From contig CANQEX010000003.1 of NCBI GenBank assembly GCA_947596225.1, forward strand, positions 1 to 43,991: DNA of 43,991 nucleotides, given 5' to 3'. Origin of the DNA: an uncultured Clostridia bacterium. Its GTDB lineage: Bacteria > Bacillota > Clostridia > TANB77 > CAG-508. Below the pieces are notes generated by a model that was not told where the DNA came from, searched no databases, and worked only from the letters and a program-made list of their open reading frames with translations. Numbering within the stretch: the first letter of the stretch is position 1; every line of letters begins with the position of its first letter. Of this stretch, positions 1-10,345 are shown in pieces. The translations under genes were made by a program, and so were the position numbers.

Positions 1-216
1 CTACCATTATCTCTCTATTAGTTACTATAAAATTCTACTGTATTTCTTTTTAAAACATAATTAGATAAACTTGTTTACATTATAGCATCATTTACTATTA
101 CTGTCAAATCAATACCTCAAGCTACTTACTTTTTGTAGTATATTATAATATTTTATATTGTAATAATTTTACTTTTATGATATTATTTTTTTGTAAAAAA
201 GTTGGAGGTAGAAAAA

Positions 217-807
217 ATGGAAAAAAAAGAAATTAGTGCTAAAACTACTGTTAAAGCTATTATTACTGGATTTGTATCTTATGGTATAATAGTAATTTTT
301 ATATGTTTATTACTTTTTGCAGTAGGTAATTATTTTTTTGAACAATTTTCAAGTTCTACTTCAAGAGGTCTATATATTACCCTTCCATTAATGGCTATAA
401 TTTTTCTTTATTTTATAATACATGGTATTTGTAGACTTAGTACATATGATGTATTTAAAAAATGTAATACAAATCCTGAAAATTACAAAAAGATTATAAA
501 AACTTTAAACATATTTTTTATAATATGTATTATATTATCTATAATATTATTTTTAAGTTTACTTTATCTAAACTTGGAATTTCAATCAAAATCAATCGAA
601 CTTGCAGTATTAAAATATAAAGAAGTATTTTCTGATCAACATATCGAACTCCTAAAAGCAGAAATGAATGATGTGTATAATACTTCAAAAACTAATTTAA
701 CTATTTCAACAGTTATTTTAGAAATAGGAGTTTCTTTATCTATTCTTTCTTTAATACCTTATCAAAGAAAAATGATTGTAAAATATAATGAATTTCAGTC
801 AAAATGA
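217..807 (+). CDS. Hypothetical integral membrane protein (about 4 TM helices)
   Basis: ORF with four hydrophobic segments; GGAGG RBS at 204-208 favours ATG 217 over TTG 202. Confidence 0.75.
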   Translation: MEKKEISAKTTVKAIITGFVSYGIIVIFICLLLFAVGNYFFEQFSSSTSRGLYITLPLMAIIFLYFIIHGICRLSTYDVFKKCNTNPENYKKIIKTLNIFFIICIILSIILFLSLLYLNLEFQSKSIELAVLKYKEVFSDQHIELLKAEMNDVYNTSKTNLTISTVILEIGVSLSILSLIPYQRKMIVKYNEFQSK

Positions 808-821
808 GTATACATAATATG

Positions 822-850
822 TTGATGTTTCTTCAAAATTATGGTATAAT
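822..850 (+). promoter_or_regulatory. SigA-type promoter with extended -10
   Basis: TTGATG-17 bp-TATAAT with TG-N before the -10, upstream of ORF 927. Confidence 0.65.
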
Positions 851-926
851 TTTATTATCCCTTTGGTAATTTTCCTTTGTAAAGGAAATTATTGCAATTT
901 ATTATATACATATTAGGAGGAAAAAA

Positions 927-1985
927 ATGAAGAAACGGATTATGTTAATTATCTTGTTAGCAACAGTAGGAACAGTAATAAGTGTACCTGTTAATGCTTC
1001 AGCTGTTTTGGAAGCTGAAGCCGAATTTGTAACTGGAGAAACTGATGTAACTGAAGAAACCGATGTAACTGAAGAAACTGATGAAACTGATGAAACTGTT
1101 GTAAATGATGAAACTGAAGATTCAACTGATTTAGAACTGGTAAACCAGTCTCGTAAAGAAATTAAAAGCATCATAAAAGGTGGAACTAAAAATTTGAACA
1201 AAGCTAATCGCAAACTTAAAAAGGCTCAGAAGTATATAAGTGGATTAACGCAAAAAACTGCTTCTGAAGCTAAAAAAAGTTCAAAAAAAGCCAAAGCACT
1301 TTTAAAGCAGGCTTCCTCACTTCTAAAAAAAGTAAAAAAGTCTCTTTCAAGTGCTGAAAAAAAGATTAGTCAGCCTTTTTTACTTAAATCGCAGATGGAC
1401 AATCCTTCATCACTATCAGAAAATATGATAAAGGAGTTAAATAATTCATACAAAAATTCGAAAAAACAATATAATAAAATTTCGAAAAAACGGAAAAATT
1501 TTGACACTTTATCTAAACGGTTAAAAAAGAAATTAAAAGAATTTAATATTTCTTCTGAAACCAATTTGAGTGAAGTAATGGGATTTTCAAAAACTGAACT
1601 GCAGTACTTGTTTTCTAACATACCAGAAGTCATCAAAAATGAAAATGTAAGAAAAATTCTTGCTAATAATCTTCCTAAATATTCCAAAAAATATAAAGTG
1701 AATGAATTAGGAGTTTTGGCGATAATGGCTGTAGAAACAGGGCGATTTACAAGTTCGTTATGTACCAACTATTACAACTTTGGTGGCTTAAGAGATTATG
1801 AAGGTAATTATCTCCATTATTCTACCATTTCTTCTGGAATAGAGGCAATGGTTAAATGTGTTAGAGACAATATGAATAATGGACCATCAATTTTAGAAAT
1901 TAACACTACATATTGTCCAGGAAATTTTTCTTGGACAGAGCATGTTGTTTTCTTTCTGAAAGAGATTAAAGCAGTACAATTATAA
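927..1985 (+). CDS. Secreted protein with acidic repeat, Lys-rich coiled region and C-terminal glucosaminidase (GH73)/lysozyme-like domain
   Basis: AGGAGG RBS; signal peptide ending VNA; C-terminal AIMAVETG..NFGGL..YCP..W resembles glucosaminidase-family cell-wall hydrolases. Confidence 0.65.
   Translation: MKKRIMLIILLATVGTVISVPVNASAVLEAEAEFVTGETDVTEETDVTEETDETDETVVNDETEDSTDLELVNQSRKEIKSIIKGGTKNLNKANRKLKKAQKYISGLTQKTASEAKKSSKKAKALLKQASSLLKKVKKSLSSAEKKISQPFLLKSQMDNPSSLSENMIKELNNSYKNSKKQYNKISKKRKNFDTLSKRLKKKLKEFNISSETNLSEVMGFSKTELQYLFSNIPEVIKNENVRKILANNLPKYSKKYKVNELGVLAIMAVETGRFTSSLCTNYYNFGGLRDYEGNYLHYSTISSGIEAMVKCVRDNMNNGPSILEINTTYCPGNFSWTEHVVFFLKEIKAVQL
1029..1100 (+). repeat. In-frame tandem repeat: 3 x 18 bp (GTAACTGRAGAAACYGAT) plus 9-bp GAAACTGWT units, encoding VT(G/E)ETD
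   Basis: Read directly at 1029-1046, 1047-1064, 1065-1082, 1083-1100. Confidence 0.85.
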
Positions 1986-2011
1986 AAAACAAATTGCAAT
2001 CACCAAATATT

Positions 2012-2059
2012 AAAGAGAGCTACAGATGGATGTATATCCACTGTAAACTCTCTTTTTTT
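2012..2059 (+). terminator. Intrinsic terminator (long bulged hairpin plus U-tract)
   Basis: AAAGAGAG..TACAG..TGGA / TCCA CTGTA..CTCTCTTT then a T-run, downstream of ORF 927. Confidence 0.65.
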
Positions 2060-2120
2060 AGAATATTTTACTAATACTTTAATATAATTAATTAGATTAA
2101 TTTAGAAGGAATGATATTTT

Positions 2121-2858
2121 ATGCAAGAAATTGGTATTATAAGTTTATATGGTCTTATTTTTGGGATGATTGGCACAACAATAGGTGGAATTACTGGCGC
2201 ATTTTTAAATATAAAATCAAATAAAATATTAAGTTTTGTTCTTGAATTTGCTGCTGGTTTAATGACTGCAGTAATATGTTTTGATTTAATACCAGAAACT
2301 TTAAATATAGTATCAATAACATTATGTATTTTAGGAATTTTTATAGGAATTATTGCAATGATTTTCTGTGATAAAATTGTAAACTCATATTGTGATAATA
2401 ACTCAAATTTAACTAAAAATAACATGTTAAAAACTGGTATTATTATAGCAATTGGATTAGCTGTACATAATTTTCCTGAAGGTTTAGCTATTGGTGCTGG
2501 ATTTGAAGCATCTACACATTTAGGATTAAAATTAGCAATAGCAATAGCACTTCACGATGTTCCCGAAGGTATCTCTATATCCCTTCCATTAAAATCAAGT
2601 GGCTCTTCTAAAATTAAAGCAATTATAATTACAACTTTATCTGGTTTAACTACAGGTATGGGTGCATTCTTTGGTGCAATAATAGGCAATGTTTCGGAAA
2701 CTCTTATTGGTCTTTCTCTTGCTTTCGCAGCAGGAGCAATGCTTTATATTGTGTCTTGTGAACTTATTCCTGAATCAAAAAGACTATATAAAGGTAGATT
2801 TGCATCTCTTGGAAATATTTTAGGATTGATAATAGGAATATTGGCTCAAAACATATAA
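2121..2858 (+). CDS. zupT: ZIP family metal (zinc) transporter, ZupT/GufA-like
   Basis: Motifs FAAGLM, HNFPEGLAIG, ALHDVPEG, FAAGAMLY..ELIPE. Confidence 0.9.
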   Translation: MQEIGIISLYGLIFGMIGTTIGGITGAFLNIKSNKILSFVLEFAAGLMTAVICFDLIPETLNIVSITLCILGIFIGIIAMIFCDKIVNSYCDNNSNLTKNNMLKTGIIIAIGLAVHNFPEGLAIGAGFEASTHLGLKLAIAIALHDVPEGISISLPLKSSGSSKIKAIIITTLSGLTTGMGAFFGAIIGNVSETLIGLSLAFAAGAMLYIVSCELIPESKRLYKGRFASLGNILGLIIGILAQNI

Positions 2859-2912
2859 ATTTGAAATTAAAACTATTTTAGAAAGTAATCCCCAACTATA
2901 GATTTTGAAAAA

Positions 2913-2940
2913 AAACAAATGCTATTTTTAGCATTTGTTT
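2913..2940. terminator. Bidirectional terminator between the ZIP gene and prfA
   Basis: 12-bp inverted repeat AAACAAATGCTA-tttt-TAGCATTTGTTT between convergent genes. Confidence 0.7.
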
Positions 2941-4000
2941 ATTCATTATTTCCTTTTAATTTTTCGGCTCTATCTGTTGCAATAAGATTATCTATCATTT
3001 CATCCATATCTCCATTTAAAAAGTTTTCCATTTGAAAAATACTAAATCCTATTCTATGATCAGTTATTCTTCCTTGTGGATAATTATAAGTTCTTATTTT
3101 TTCACTTCTATCTCCTGAACCTACTTGACTTTTTCTTTCACTTGCTACAGCTTTTTCTTGTTTTTCTCTCTCAATTTCATATATCCTAGAACGTAATAAT
3201 CTCATTGCATATTCTCTATTTTGTAATTGTGACCTTTCTGTTTGACATTCTGCAACTATTCCAGTTGGTTCATGTATAAGTCTTACAGCTGATGAAGTTT
3301 TATTTATGTGTTGACCACCAGCTCCAGAAGCTCTAAATACTTCCATTCTAATATCTGCTGGATTTATATCTACCTCTACATCTTCAACTTCTGGTAAAAC
3401 AGCAACTGTAGCTGTAGAAGTGTGAATTCTTCCACTACTCTCTGTATCTGGTACTCTTTGAACTCTATGAACTCCACTTTCAAATTTGAATCTACTATAA
3501 GCTCCTTTTCCTGTTATCATAAAAGAAATTTCTTTGTATCCACCTATTCCAGTTTCATTTTCATTAATTACTTGTATTTGAAAATGTTTTTTTTCTGCAT
3601 ACATAGAATACATTCTAAATAATACTCCAGCAAATAGCGCTGCTTCTTCTCCTCCTGCTCCAGCTCTTATTTCACAAATAACATTTTTATCATCATTTGG
3701 ATCTTTTGGTATTAATAAAATTTTTAATTCTTCCTCTATTTTTGGTAATTTTTCTTTATCTTCTAACATTTCTATTTCAGCAAGTTCTTTCATTTCTGGA
3801 TCATTAAGCATTTCTTTTGCTTCTTCTAAATTTTTTAAAACTGTTTTATATTCTCTATATTTAAAAACAATTTCTTCTATATCACTATGCTCTTTCATTA
3901 GTTTTTTCCATTCATTTTGTTTAGAAATTATATCTGGATCACTAATTAATCCATTTAATTCCTCATATCTTTTCTCAACATCTTCTAATCTTTGAAACAT
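2939..4000 (-). CDS. prfA: Peptide chain release factor 1
   Basis: GGQ motif (GAGGQHIN); RF1 PxT motif (RVQRVPDTE); [20 protein letters not shown]. Confidence 0.98.
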   Translation of the reverse strand: MFQRLEDVEKRYEELNGLISDPDIISKQNEWKKLMKEHSDIEEIVFKYREYKTVLKNLEEAKEMLNDPEMKELAEIEMLEDKEKLPKIEEELKILLIPKDPNDDKNVICEIRAGAGGEEAALFAGVLFRMYSMYAEKKHFQIQVINENETGIGGYKEISFMITGKGAYSRFKFESGVHRVQRVPDTESSGRIHTSTATVAVLPEVEDVEVDINPADIRMEVFRASGAGGQHINKTSSAVRLIHEPTGIVAECQTERSQLQNREYAMRLLRSRIYEIEREKQEKAVASERKSQVGSGDRSEKIRTYNYPQGRITDHRIGFSIFQMENFLNGDMDEMIDNLIATDRAEKLKGNNE

Positions 4001-4033
4001 ATCAAAACTTCCTTTTCTATAAATTGCTAAAGT

Positions 4034-4062
4034 ATTATATCACAAATAAATATATTATACAA
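4034..4062 (-). promoter_or_regulatory. SigA-type promoter of prfA
   Basis: TTGTAT-17 bp-TATAAT with TG-N extension on the minus strand. Confidence 0.55.
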
Positions 4063-4089
4063 TATTTATATTAGTTTATTTTTAATATT

Positions 4090-4115
4090 AAAATGGGAGT
4101 ACTTTTGCACTCCCA
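4090..4115 (-). terminator. Intrinsic terminator after the YhaN-like gene
   Basis: TGGGAGT/ACTCCCA stem followed by a T-run on the minus strand. Confidence 0.65.
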
Positions 4116-4126
4116 ACAAAAAACTA

Positions 4127-6001
4127 TTAAATGTTTATATATTTATAATCTATATCTAATTTATCTAATATTTCTTTTTCTCTCTTTGAACATGTAAAAA
4201 TAATAATTTGATTATTTTTAAAATTTAAATTCAAATATTTTAGCATATTTTCTAATCTTTCATTATCAAAATATGCAAAAGCTTCATCTAAAATTATAGG
4301 TAAAGTTTCATTTGAAATTTCATCTAAAGCACTTAATCTTAATGATATATACATTTGATCTATTGTTCCTACACTTAACCTAGAGGCTGGTACATAACTA
4401 CCATTATCTATTTCTACAGTTAATCCATCTGTATCTGAAAATACTACATTTTTATATCTACCATTAGAAATTTTTGAAATTATATCACAAAGATTTTGTG
4501 TAAAACGTGGACTTATATTTTCCTTTACTTTATTATAAGCCTTCTCCAAACAATCTTTAGCAATATTATATGAATTATTTAATGACAATAATTCTTCACG
4601 TTCATTTTCAGCATCTTCTATTTCTTCCTCTAATTTAGCCATATCTTCTAACTTGTTATTTATTTCTCTAGCAGTATTTTCTACTGTATGTAATTTAAAC
4701 TTTATTGTTTCTATTCTTTGCTGTTTACTATCAATTTCCTTTAAAATTTCATCATATGATTTATTTAAATTTTCTTCTATAAAACCCAAGTCTAAAAATT
4801 TAACATATTTTTCTATAATTGCTTTTTTCTCTTTTTCAATTTCATTTGAAAATTTTTGCTGTTTTTCTTCTGCTAAACCTTTTTGTTCTTCTTGATTTTG
4901 TTTCAAAATTTCTATTTCATTAATTAATTTTTCTTTATCATTTTTTCTATTTTTTATTTTTTGCTTTACTTTTATTTTTTCACTATTTATCCTATATAAA
5001 ATATATAATATTGGTAATAATACTATGCAATTTGCTAATTTATACGGACTTACTAACATTAAAATAAAAAAAGTTATTAATAAAACAATAATAAAAACAT
5101 AATAATTTTTGTTATGTACATTTTCTATTGATTCTTCAGCATCATCAGTAGTAATTTTTTTGTTAAGTTCACTAATTTTCTTACTATAATCATTTTCTAA
5201 ATTTTTATTAAAATTTATCTCTGCATTTTTTAATCTATTATTATCTAATTTTACTTTTAATTCCTGCAAAAATTCTTTTTTTAGTTCTTCATCTTTTTGT
5301 TCTAAAGTAAGTTGCTGTATTTGAAAAGATGTATCATAAACATTTTCTTTATATTGTTCTAAACTTTTTTTCTGATCTAACAATTTTCTTATTTTTGTAT
5401 CTATAATATTTATAGGTCTTTGTGAAGTTCTATCTGTTCCTACCTCTTCATTTTGCTTTTTATTTATTTGTTCTAAAGACTTTTTAAATGATATATTATC
5501 ATCACCAGAAGAAACTAAATTACTAATTTTTTGAACTATACTATTTTGACTTGATTTACTTAATTTAGCGCCCTCTTGCTCAGTAATTGCAGTATTATAA
5601 AAAGTTTCTTCATCTATTCCTGTTTGCTCTATAAAAAATTGTACTCCTTTTGTTTTATCAATTTTAAATTTTTTAGAAATATCTTCTTTATTTGAATTAT
5701 AAATAATAGCATTTCTCTTTTTAAACTCTCTATATATCTCAAACTTCTCATTATCATCTAAAGTATACTCAATTTTTCCAGAAAATTCTTCTGTTTTCCA
5801 TGGTTTGAATCTTTCAATATCTGAAATTTCTTTTCCATTTTTAGTTTTACAAGCTCCATATAACATACTTGATATAAATTTTAGCATGCTTGACTTTCCA
5901 GATTCATTTTCACCAAAAATAATATTTATACCATCAGATAATTCTATTTCTTTATTGCGTAGTTTACCAAAGCCATTGACTTTTAAATTATTTATTTTCA
6001 C
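4127..6001 (-). CDS. YhaN-like SMC/Rad50-type ATPase with coiled coil and an internal hydrophobic hairpin
   Basis: Walker A GENESGKS; signature LSVGT; Walker B/D-loop ILDEAFAYFD; paired with a phosphoesterase. Confidence 0.85.
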   Translation of the reverse strand: MKINNLKVNGFGKLRNKEIELSDGINIIFGENESGKSSMLKFISSMLYGACKTKNGKEISDIERFKPWKTEEFSGKIEYTLDDNEKFEIYREFKKRNAIIYNSNKEDISKKFKIDKTKGVQFFIEQTGIDEETFYNTAITEQEGAKLSKSSQNSIVQKISNLVSSGDDNISFKKSLEQINKKQNEEVGTDRTSQRPINIIDTKIRKLLDQKKSLEQYKENVYDTSFQIQQLTLEQKDEELKKEFLQELKVKLDNNRLKNAEINFNKNLENDYSKKISELNKKITTDDAEESIENVHNKNYYVFIIVLLITFFILMLVSPYKLANCIVLLPILYILYRINSEKIKVKQKIKNRKNDKEKLINEIEILKQNQEEQKGLAEEKQQKFSNEIEKEKKAIIEKYVKFLDLGFIEENLNKSYDEILKEIDSKQQRIETIKFKLHTVENTAREINNKLEDMAKLEEEIEDAENEREELLSLNNSYNIAKDCLEKAYNKVKENISPRFTQNLCDIISKISNGRYKNVVFSDTDGLTVEIDNGSYVPASRLSVGTIDQMYISLRLSALDEISNETLPIILDEAFAYFDNERLENMLKYLNLNFKNNQIIIFTCSKREKEILDKLDIDYKYINI

Positions 6002-6014
6002 TATACCTCACCTC

Positions 6015-7088
6015 TTACATTGCTTCTAATCCTATTTCTATAGCTTTTTCATATTCTTCTTCTGTACATAAACCTTTTTCATACATATCTAAAACTTCTC
6101 TAATAAAAATACCTTTCAAATTATTTTGTTTTGCTAGCTCTTCTATATCACAATTAATTTTTGTATTATCTTTAATTTTTAAAACATTCTCTCTTGCAAC
6201 AATTCTAACAATTTCTCTCGTATTTATATCAAAATTTCTTTTTCCTACTAATATAATTTTATAAATATTTTTATCATCTAATTTTAAATTCAATATTCCT
6301 TCTATTAAATCTTCTTTAGAATTAAAATCATCAACATTTAAAGCTAATTCTTCAAACTTTCTTTCATCTAATCTTACAAAATTTATATCTAATTTTTCTT
6401 TAGTAATTTCTCCTACTATCATTCCATGTTCACCCAGCTCATCAAAACCTAATGAAATTGGTGATCCTGGATAAAAAATTCTATTAGAATTTTCCAAATT
6501 ATTTTTATGAATATGTCCCATAGCTATATAATCACAGTTTAGATTTTTTAATTTTGATTCGAGTATTGGATTATATGCAAGACCTTCTTTATCTTTTCCA
6601 CCATTTAAATCACAATGAGTAATTAATATATTAGGTTTATTTGATGGTTGTATTTTTATATTTTCTAATGGCGATGAATTCATATAAAATTCTGTAAATG
6701 CCATACCATAAATATTAACATTATTATCTTCATATTTTTCTACTCTAGAATTTGAAAAAATATATACATTATCTCCAAAATCATATGTATCATAACAAGA
6801 ACCCTTTATATATGGATCATGATTTCCAGGAGTTATAAATATTTTGGTATTAGGTATTTCATTAAATAACTTTATAATATAATCTATAGTAGATTTTCTA
6901 ATATACTCATGTTCATATAAATCACCTGCTATAAAAAAATATCCAATATTATTTTCTTTTATATATTCAATTGCTTTTTTTAATGCTTTTCTTTGCTCTA
7001 ATCGTCTTATTTCTCCTAAATCTTCTTTGGCTTTTAAAGAAGAAAATGGTATATCAAAATGCATATCTGCCATATGTACAAATTTCAT
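6015..7088 (-). CDS. YhaO/SbcD/Mre11-like DNA repair exonuclease (metallophosphoesterase)
   Basis: DMH, AGDLY, PGNHD, MGHIH and YPGS motifs. Confidence 0.9.
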   Translation of the reverse strand: MKFVHMADMHFDIPFSSLKAKEDLGEIRRLEQRKALKKAIEYIKENNIGYFFIAGDLYEHEYIRKSTIDYIIKLFNEIPNTKIFITPGNHDPYIKGSCYDTYDFGDNVYIFSNSRVEKYEDNNVNIYGMAFTEFYMNSSPLENIKIQPSNKPNILITHCDLNGGKDKEGLAYNPILESKLKNLNCDYIAMGHIHKNNLENSNRIFYPGSPISLGFDELGEHGMIVGEITKEKLDINFVRLDERKFEELALNVDDFNSKEDLIEGILNLKLDDKNIYKIILVGKRNFDINTREIVRIVARENVLKIKDNTKINCDIEELAKQNNLKGIFIREVLDMYEKGLCTEEEYEKAIEIGLEAM

Positions 7089-7099
7089 AGTTGTTCTCC

Positions 7100-8200
7100 T
7101 TATATAAAATCATAAATTTTTGTCATTAATTTATTAAATTTATTTGATATTTTAGTTGAAACTTTTGAATCTAAAAACTTATTTACAGTATTTTTCTCAA
7201 TAAATTGCCTTATCAAATCTATTATTGCTCCTACTATAAAAATAACTGCTGTGGTAAAAAGTATATGTAAAATCAAAAAATTACTAGTTGCATAGTTTTG
7301 TGTTTTAAATACATCATTCCAAATATATTTAGATAATAGTCCTTCATGAAGAATATAAATTCCTAATGTTGTAGAAGCAAGTGTATTAATTATTACATTG
7401 TTTTTAATTTTTATTTTTAAGAAAATACTAAATATAGAAATACTTAATAAAAATTCTAATATGGTGTTAGGAGTCCAAAAATAAGCTATTTCTTTTAAAC
7501 CAATTTTAGCAAAAAATACATTATATTTTTGTATAACTACTATAGATAATAACATTATACAAAATGTAACTATAGCAATTAATGAACTCTTTTTTATTGA
7601 ATTTATCAACTTTAATGAATAAATTCTAATATAAGCTCCAACAAAATACATAATGATTGCCCATATAAATCTTGAATAAAACATTATTGATTCTGTTCCA
7701 TTACGTAATACTCCAAAAATTGTTGGTATTACACACCATATTATTAATGTTATTAATAACAAATTTTGATAAGTTTTTTTATCCATATTTTCTATCAAAA
7801 TATTTAAAAATGGTGATACAAATAACAGTAATATATATGCTTTAAGAAACCAATACGCATTTATTGGAAAAATCATTGAAATAATTGTTTTTGTGTTTGT
7901 TTCATAAATACCTAATTTATACATTATAACAATAGAAATTAAAGAATAAAAATAAGTTTCTAATGTTAATTTAATAATTTTCTTAAATGAAAATTTTCCT
8001 TTACACATAAAATAACCTGTTATTAAAAAGAATAAATTTACTCCTAATTCACCAAACATATAAAATGCTTTTATTATAAATTTATTAACAGTAAACTCTT
8101 CAAAATTATAAGAGCATTTATATGCATAATGAAAACTAATTATAAATAAAATTGATATTATTCTTAATAATTCTATATTTGATTGTCTTTGTTTTTTCAT
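7100..8200 (-). CDS. Acyltransferase family 3 (OafA-like) membrane protein
   Basis: RQSNIELLRI..H, GVNLFFLITGYF, YWF, GIYILH; about 10 TM helices. Confidence 0.85.
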   Translation of the reverse strand: MKKQRQSNIELLRIISILFIISFHYAYKCSYNFEEFTVNKFIIKAFYMFGELGVNLFFLITGYFMCKGKFSFKKIIKLTLETYFYSLISIVIMYKLGIYETNTKTIISMIFPINAYWFLKAYILLLFVSPFLNILIENMDKKTYQNLLLITLIIWCVIPTIFGVLRNGTESIMFYSRFIWAIIMYFVGAYIRIYSLKLINSIKKSSLIAIVTFCIMLLSIVVIQKYNVFFAKIGLKEIAYFWTPNTILEFLLSISIFSIFLKIKIKNNVIINTLASTTLGIYILHEGLLSKYIWNDVFKTQNYATSNFLILHILFTTAVIFIVGAIIDLIRQFIEKNTVNKFLDSKVSTKISNKFNKLMTKIYDFI

Positions 8201-8224
8201 AAAACCTCCATTTGCTTAAATCTA

Positions 8225-8259
8225 AAAAAAAAGGATGCCAAAAACTTTTAATGACATCC
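8225..8259 (-). terminator. Intrinsic terminator after the virD4-like gene
   Basis: GGATG(T)CA..TG(G)CATCC stem followed by a long T-run on the minus strand. Confidence 0.6.
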
Positions 8260-8267
8260 ATTTATTA

Positions 8268-10296
8268 TTAATTTGAATCATCCATTGAACCAAATAATTC
8301 ATCAAATTTAGCTTCTAACTCTTTCTGTATATCTATCAATTCTGCTTGACGTTTATCTTCAGAATCATTATTTGTTGTTTCAGACATAACTTTTGGTGGT
8401 ACTGTATCAGTATTTAAATCAGATTTTTCTGTATCATCTGCAAATAAATCATCTAATGATTCTAAAGAATTTGCTACTCCACCAGAAGCAGAATTATTTC
8501 CGCTTTCTGAATTTTCTTGATAAGGGTTATATGGATTATATTTTCTCCAAACACCTCTTTCAACATGAACATCATTATGATCTGCTTTATATCTTGTAAC
8601 TAATTTTCCTTCAGCATATTTAAAATAATAATATTTGTTAGCTTTTATTGGTTTCAAACCTTTTTCATAAATTATACAAAGATCTACATCCATTCTTCTC
8701 AATTCGTCTGGTGTCATAAGAGCTCTACCCATAACTTGATCTGATTCACTTTTACCTTGTTTCCAATCAGCTCTATCCTTATTTACAGTTAGATTATCTC
8801 TTGTTATTGTTTTTTCTCCAAGCGCTTTAGAAAAATATTCAACTGTTTTTTGAGAGTTAGAACCTAAGAAAAGATGTGTATCACAGTTACCTATAATAGT
8901 TTCATAAGCTTCCTTATAAACAGCTTCTAACTGATCTAAATTCTGAAGTATAACACTAAAAGATATTTTTCTACTTCTAGATGTTGATATTTTCTTATCA
9001 AAATCTGGAATTTGTCCAATATTTGCAAATTCGTCTAGTATAAAATATGTAGGAATAGGTAACGCCCCACCATTTAAATCTGCAAAATCATATAATTGTT
9101 GTATCATTTGTGAAAAGAATATTGTAAGTAAAAAGTCATATGCAGTATGTGTATCTGAAGAAATAACATAAACTGCAGTTTTCTTTTTAGCAATATCAGT
9201 AAAATCTATTGTATTTGTTGAAGTTACTTCTGCAATCTCTTTTGAATCAAATTTACCAAGTTTTGATTGTAATGTTCCAAGTACTGAACCAAATGTTTTT
9301 TCTGGTAACATTTCTATATTTTTATAATACATTCTAGCTGGATGATCAAATGGTAATTGATTCATTAAATTTGTAAGTAAATTATCTCCACTATTACTAT
9401 TAGCAGTTCTTACAAGCTCTGAACAACTTGCTAAGCTTTGTTCTTCTAAAGGTCTTGTTGCCTTTAAATAATAAATTAAAGCTTTCATTAACATTTCAGA
9501 CATGTCATCCCAAAATGGATCCGAACTTTTAGTGCTATTATCTCCTTGTCCTTTTACTATTGTATTTGCAATAATATCAACATCTATTTCATTATTTATA
9601 TGATGTAAAGGATTATATCCATCACTATTTTGTGGGTGTACTAAATTTAAAACTTTTATATCATAACCTTTTGCTCTAAAATACCCAGAAGTGGCATCAT
9701 ATAATTCACCTTTAGGATCTGTAAAAACATAAGAACCTAGTAATTGTAAAGCATTAGGTATAACATAAGATGCAGATTTACCAGCACCAGAACCTCCGTA
9801 CTACCAATACATTTACATTTCCACGTTTATCTACTGGCAAATAATTTTTCTCAGCTAAAACTATACCTTTATTTTTGCTTAATACTCTATACTGTTCTCC
9901 ACCTTCACTCCAATCACTTGAACCATTTTCTATATCTTGATATTCATGTTTTGGCAATGCTTTCATAATTCCAATTAAAACAGCTAATAAACAAATTATA
10001 AATACCAATTTTATTGCTCCAAAAAATGTTCCTATATATTCTATTGAAAAACATGTACTAATTTGTTTCCAAGGTGCTATAATACCTTTCCCTAATTGAG
10101 TTAAGAATACATTCCACCAAGTTGCATTATAAATATCTTGAGATATTAAGATTCCAGATGCTTTTTCGGCATTAACTTTTGCAACTGCAAAAGGAATTAT
10201 AAACCAAAAAATTATAACTAGAACTAAAATTCCAAATACTATTAATTTATCTCTTATTTTTCTAATAGCAACTTTTATTTTATCAAAAAAACTCAT
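8268..10296 (-). CDS. virD4: VirD4/TraG-type coupling ATPase, about 675 aa, requiring a +1 frameshift at 9798 (joins ORFs 9778-10305 and 8268-9503)
   Basis: Two N-terminal TM segments; skipping one C gives NVLVV-GGSGAGKS (Walker A), then TDPKGEL, YNPL, DPFW, LDEFANIG (Walker B), QNLDQL, with no stop to 8268; RBS AAGGTG before ATG 10296. Confidence 0.85.
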
Positions 10297-10345
10297 TTTT
10301 CTCACCTTTTTCTCTTAAGTAATAAATACTAAAGAAATAATATTT

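Noticed and set aside
1-60. Possible start of a minus-strand gene at the window edge (ATG at 7-5)
   Set aside because: Only two codons are visible, which cannot support a call.
1029-1100. CRISPR-like repeat
   Set aside because: The repeats are contiguous, in frame and coding, with no spacers or cas genes.
2012-2059. Bulged hairpin as an integron attC site
   Set aside because: It lacks RYYYAAC/GTTRRRY ends and there is no integrase or array; a terminator explains it.
902-2425. Antisense ORFs 902-1213, 1370-1768, 1817-1999, 2102-2425
   Set aside because: They are shadows of better-supported plus-strand genes and show no recognisable motifs.
8268-10305. Two separate genes (175 aa and 411 aa) as in the ORF track
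   Set aside because: The gap encodes the Walker A and DPKGE motifs in the downstream frame, so this is one gene with a +1 shift.
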